Below are positions 61,476-64,000 of a DNA stretch of 64,000 bases, piece by piece (the first letter of the stretch is position 1; each line of letters begins with the position of its first letter). Source of the stretch: Pirellulales bacterium (GTDB taxonomy: Bacteria > Planctomycetota > Planctomycetia > Pirellulales > PALSA-1355); NCBI GenBank assembly GCA_963733035.1, contig CAVTBU010000004.1, positions 128,001-192,000 of the forward strand. Direction: 5' to 3'. The position numbers were made by a program, and so were the translations under genes. The notes beneath the pieces were generated by a model, which was not told where the DNA came from, did no database searches, and saw only the letters and a list, made by a program, of their open reading frames with translations.

Positions 61476-62699
61476 ACATCAACTCGACAATGGCCTGCAG
61501 ATTGTCGCCGAGTGCAACCCAGAAGCACATTCCACGGCAATTGGTTTCTTCGTACAGACCGGTGCCCGCGATGAGTCGCCGGCGGACGCCGGCGTGAGCC
61601 ATTTTCTGGAACACATGATGTTCAAGGGAACACCTACGCGGTCGGCCGACGACGTAAACCGTGAGTTTGACGAGATGGGGGCGCATTACAACGCCTTCAC
61701 CAGCGAAGAACTCACGGTTTACTATGCCGCCGTGCTGCCCGAATACCAAACGGCGGCTGTCGAACTTTGGGCGGACATTGTTCGTCCGTCACTCCGCGAG
61801 GAAGATTTCAACACCGAGAAACAGGTGATTATCGAAGAGATCCGGATGTACGAGGATCAGCCTCCGTTTGGTGCTGACGACAAGTGTCGGGCGTTGCACT
61901 ACGGGCGCACCCGCTTTCGTACAGCGTGTTAGGTACGGTGCAAAGCGTCTCGGATTTGTCGGTCGACGCCATGCGGAGCTACTTCCAGCGTCGCTATAGT
62001 CCGGGCAATATCGCATTGGTTGGCAGCGGTCGAATCGACTTTGACGCACTTGTGGCAACGGCCCAGCAGATTTGCGGTCCGTGGCAGCCAGTTGAGTCGG
62101 GACGCGAAGTCTCCCCTGCCCCGCGGTCCAAGCACTTTCAGTGCATACAGAAGCCGACGGCGACACTCGAGTACGTGCTCGAACTGGCCAATGGTCCATC
62201 GGCCACTGACGACGATCGCTATGCCGCCAAGATTTTAGCCACGGTCATTGGCGACGATTCCGGTAGCCGCCTGTATTGGGAACTCGTCGACTCGGGGCTG
62301 GCCGAACATGCCTCGCTTGGTCACCACGACTACCAGGGAGCCGGGCTGTTCATGACGTACATGAGTTGCGACCCGGACCAAGCGCAGGGCAATTTGAGGT
62401 TGATTTCCGACGTGTATGCCAAGGCCGAAAAGGAGGGCATTACGGAGGCGGAACTCGCACAGGCCAAAAGCAAGATCAATGCCCGCGTCGTCCTCGGCAG
62501 CGAACGTCCGCGGGGGCGTTTGTTCACCGTCGGCGGCAACTGGATCCAGCGGCATCAGTACCTGACCGTGCGCGACGACCTGGACGCGATCGACAAGATC
62601 ACGCGTGACGACTTGATGGATGTGCTTCGGCACTACCCTCTGACGATGAACACCACGCTGGCGATTGGCCCCGTCGAAAAGCTGACCGCCCCGACGTAG
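61462..62699 (+). CDS. M16 family zinc peptidase, catalytic subunit; frameshifted near 61906
   Basis: [32 protein letters not shown]; continues in another frame as [26 protein letters not shown]. Confidence 0.88.
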
Positions 62700-62799
62700 T
62701 CACCGTTAGTGGCTTGCAATCTCGGCCGACACCCGACGAACGGAACTCACCGATTGGCGTGTAGCGGCAACGCGGACTCGCCAACACGGGCAACACGGA

Positions 62800-62828
62800 T
62801 TGAGAGGGCCGCCGGTTTGGTCTACAAT
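62800..62828 (+). promoter_or_regulatory. Sigma70-type promoter of ndk
   Basis: TTGAGA - 17 nt - TACAAT, ending 47 bp before ATG 62876. Confidence 0.55.
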
Positions 62829-62875
62829 CCGCCGATTACAACAGAATTAACACGATCATCGAGAGAACGACCCTC

Positions 62876-63334
62876 ATGGAACGCACGCTCATTCTGCTCA
62901 AGCCAGACTGTATTCAACGTCGCTTGGCGGGCCGTATCATCAGTCGCTTTGAAGACAAGGGATTCAACATCGTCGCCTTGAAGATGCTCCGGGTGACGCC
63001 GGATCTGGCCAAGCAGCACTACGCCGAGCACGTCGAGAAAGCCTGGTATCCGACGCTCGAGGAGTTCATCACGGGCGGACCGATCGTGGCCGCAATTGTC
63101 GAGGGTCTGGAAGCGATCCGCGTCGTCCGCGATATGCTCGGTGCGACCAGCGGGTTAAAGGCTGCCGCCGGCACCATTCGAGGTGACTTTAGCTCGAGCC
63201 GGCAGATGAATCTGGTGCATGCCTCCGACGGCTCGGAGGCCGCCAAGCGCGAAATCGAGCTGTATTTCAAGCCGGCCGAGATCTGCGAATGTGAGCCGAC
63301 GATCAAACCATGGCTGCGGGCCAGCGACGAGTAA
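62876..63334 (+). CDS. ndk: Nucleoside diphosphate kinase
   Basis: ERTLILLKPD, HYAEH, GTIRGDF, NLVHASD. Confidence 0.96.
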   Translation: MERTLILLKPDCIQRRLAGRIISRFEDKGFNIVALKMLRVTPDLAKQHYAEHVEKAWYPTLEEFITGGPIVAAIVEGLEAIRVVRDMLGATSGLKAAAGTIRGDFSSSRQMNLVHASDGSEAAKREIELYFKPAEICECEPTIKPWLRASDE

Positions 63335-63414
63335 GTATCGTGTCGTCGGCCGGAACTTGGCCTGTGAATTCGTCTGCGCCCCTTGGGACGCCCAAATTGA
63401 TTGGCGGTTAACTT

Positions 63415-64000
63415 CTAGACGGCCAGTTTTCTGGCAGGTGTATTGGCTCGTAGTTCCTCGATCATCTTACGCGTTGACGCCGCAACCGCGTCCTGCCATC
63501 TGTCGGCTCGGAATCTAGCATATTCGGGCTTCGCATGTGCAAAGATGATATCGCGTGAATTATTGACGATTGCCCCTAGCCCGTTCTCGTCAAACGCGCC
63601 GGCCACGTCGCGCGCAGTGGCGCCCTGACTGCCATAGCCTGGCACAAGGAACCACGTATGCGGCATGCACCCGCGCAGTTCGACGGCCTGTTGTGGATAG
63701 GTTGCGCCGACGACCGCGCCGGCAATGCCGTAGCCACTCCGGCCAGCCGTCTTTTCAGCAACACGCTCAACGTACTCGGCCACGTGTCGGTAGACAGGAC
63801 GTCCATTGGCCACCAGATCTTGAAACATGCCTCCGCCGGGATTTGAGGTCTTCACCAACACAAACAGGCCGGCGCCGCGCTGCCTCGCGGTTTCAACGAA
63901 CGGACTGAGACTATCTTCGCCAAGGTAAGGGCTGACCGTCAGCGCATCGCCGCCCCAGCCGCTTGCGGGCAGTTTGCCCAGGTAGCCCTCGGCATATGCG
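63415..64000 (-). CDS. pyrF: Orotidine-5'-phosphate decarboxylase, C-terminal part (5' end outside window)
   Basis: DALTVSPYLG, LVKTSNPG, GAVVGATYP, LVPGYGSQG, NNSRDI. Confidence 0.92.
   Translation of the reverse strand, partial: AYAEGYLGKLPASGWGGDALTVSPYLGEDSLSPFVETARQRGAGLFVLVKTSNPGGGMFQDLVANGRPVYRHVAEYVERVAEKTAGRSGYGIAGAVVGATYPQQAVELRGCMPHTWFLVPGYGSQGATARDVAGAFDENGLGAIVNNSRDIIFAHAKPEYARFRADRWQDAVAASTRKMIEELRANTPARKLAV

Noticed and set aside
5991..62699. Seven split genes as true pseudogenes or programmed frameshifts
   Set aside because: No further decay and no slippery heptamers; all breaks share a GCGC context and one hits ackA in an otherwise intact operon. A sequencing artefact is the simpler explanation, though unproven.
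62755..62830. tRNA-like start GGCGTGTAGC
   Set aside because: No T-arm (GTTCRA) or cloverleaf; it is only a simple hairpin.
1..64000. CRISPR array, prophage, IS/transposase, rRNA or tRNA genes
   Set aside because: No regularly spaced repeats, integrase/transposase/phage motifs or stable-RNA signatures were seen. The window is densely filled with recognisable chromosomal genes.

Overview
GC-rich bacterial chromosomal segment whose gene content points to Planctomycetota (DUF1501, DUF1549/DUF1553, DUF1559, PVC-type heme/propeller protein, PQQ-like propellers, a PEP-CTERM protein). The central feature is a complete Planctomycetes/Verrucomicrobia-type bacterial microcompartment (PVM) operon at about 28.6-37.1 kb. 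It encodes a DeoR regulator, PduL, 2 BMC-H, acetate kinase, 3 BMC-P, an acylating aldehyde dehydrogenase, a hypothetical protein, a class II aldolase and a lactate/malate dehydrogenase, and this locus type is known for fucose/rhamnose catabolism. It is followed by an extra, tightly linked class I-aldolase-like gene with a Cys/His-rich tail. Housekeeping genes include ileS, purN, acnA, nfo, mntH, ndk and pyrF (partial). The best leads are four. (1) A candidate ~150-230 nt structured RNA with its own sigma70-like promoter in the 1.1 kb gap before ileS. (2) The extra aldolase-like gene appended to the BMC operon. (3) A 1655-aa secreted SGNH / propeller / F-type-lectin / cupredoxin / heme-c fusion protein. 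(4) A nucleotidyltransferase-HD fusion. Seven genes are frameshifted, every time at a GCGC-containing site. That pattern most likely reflects methylation-linked long-read base-calling errors rather than true pseudogenes. No rRNA, tRNA, CRISPR array or transposase was seen. All calls come from motif recognition by eye; no searches were run.
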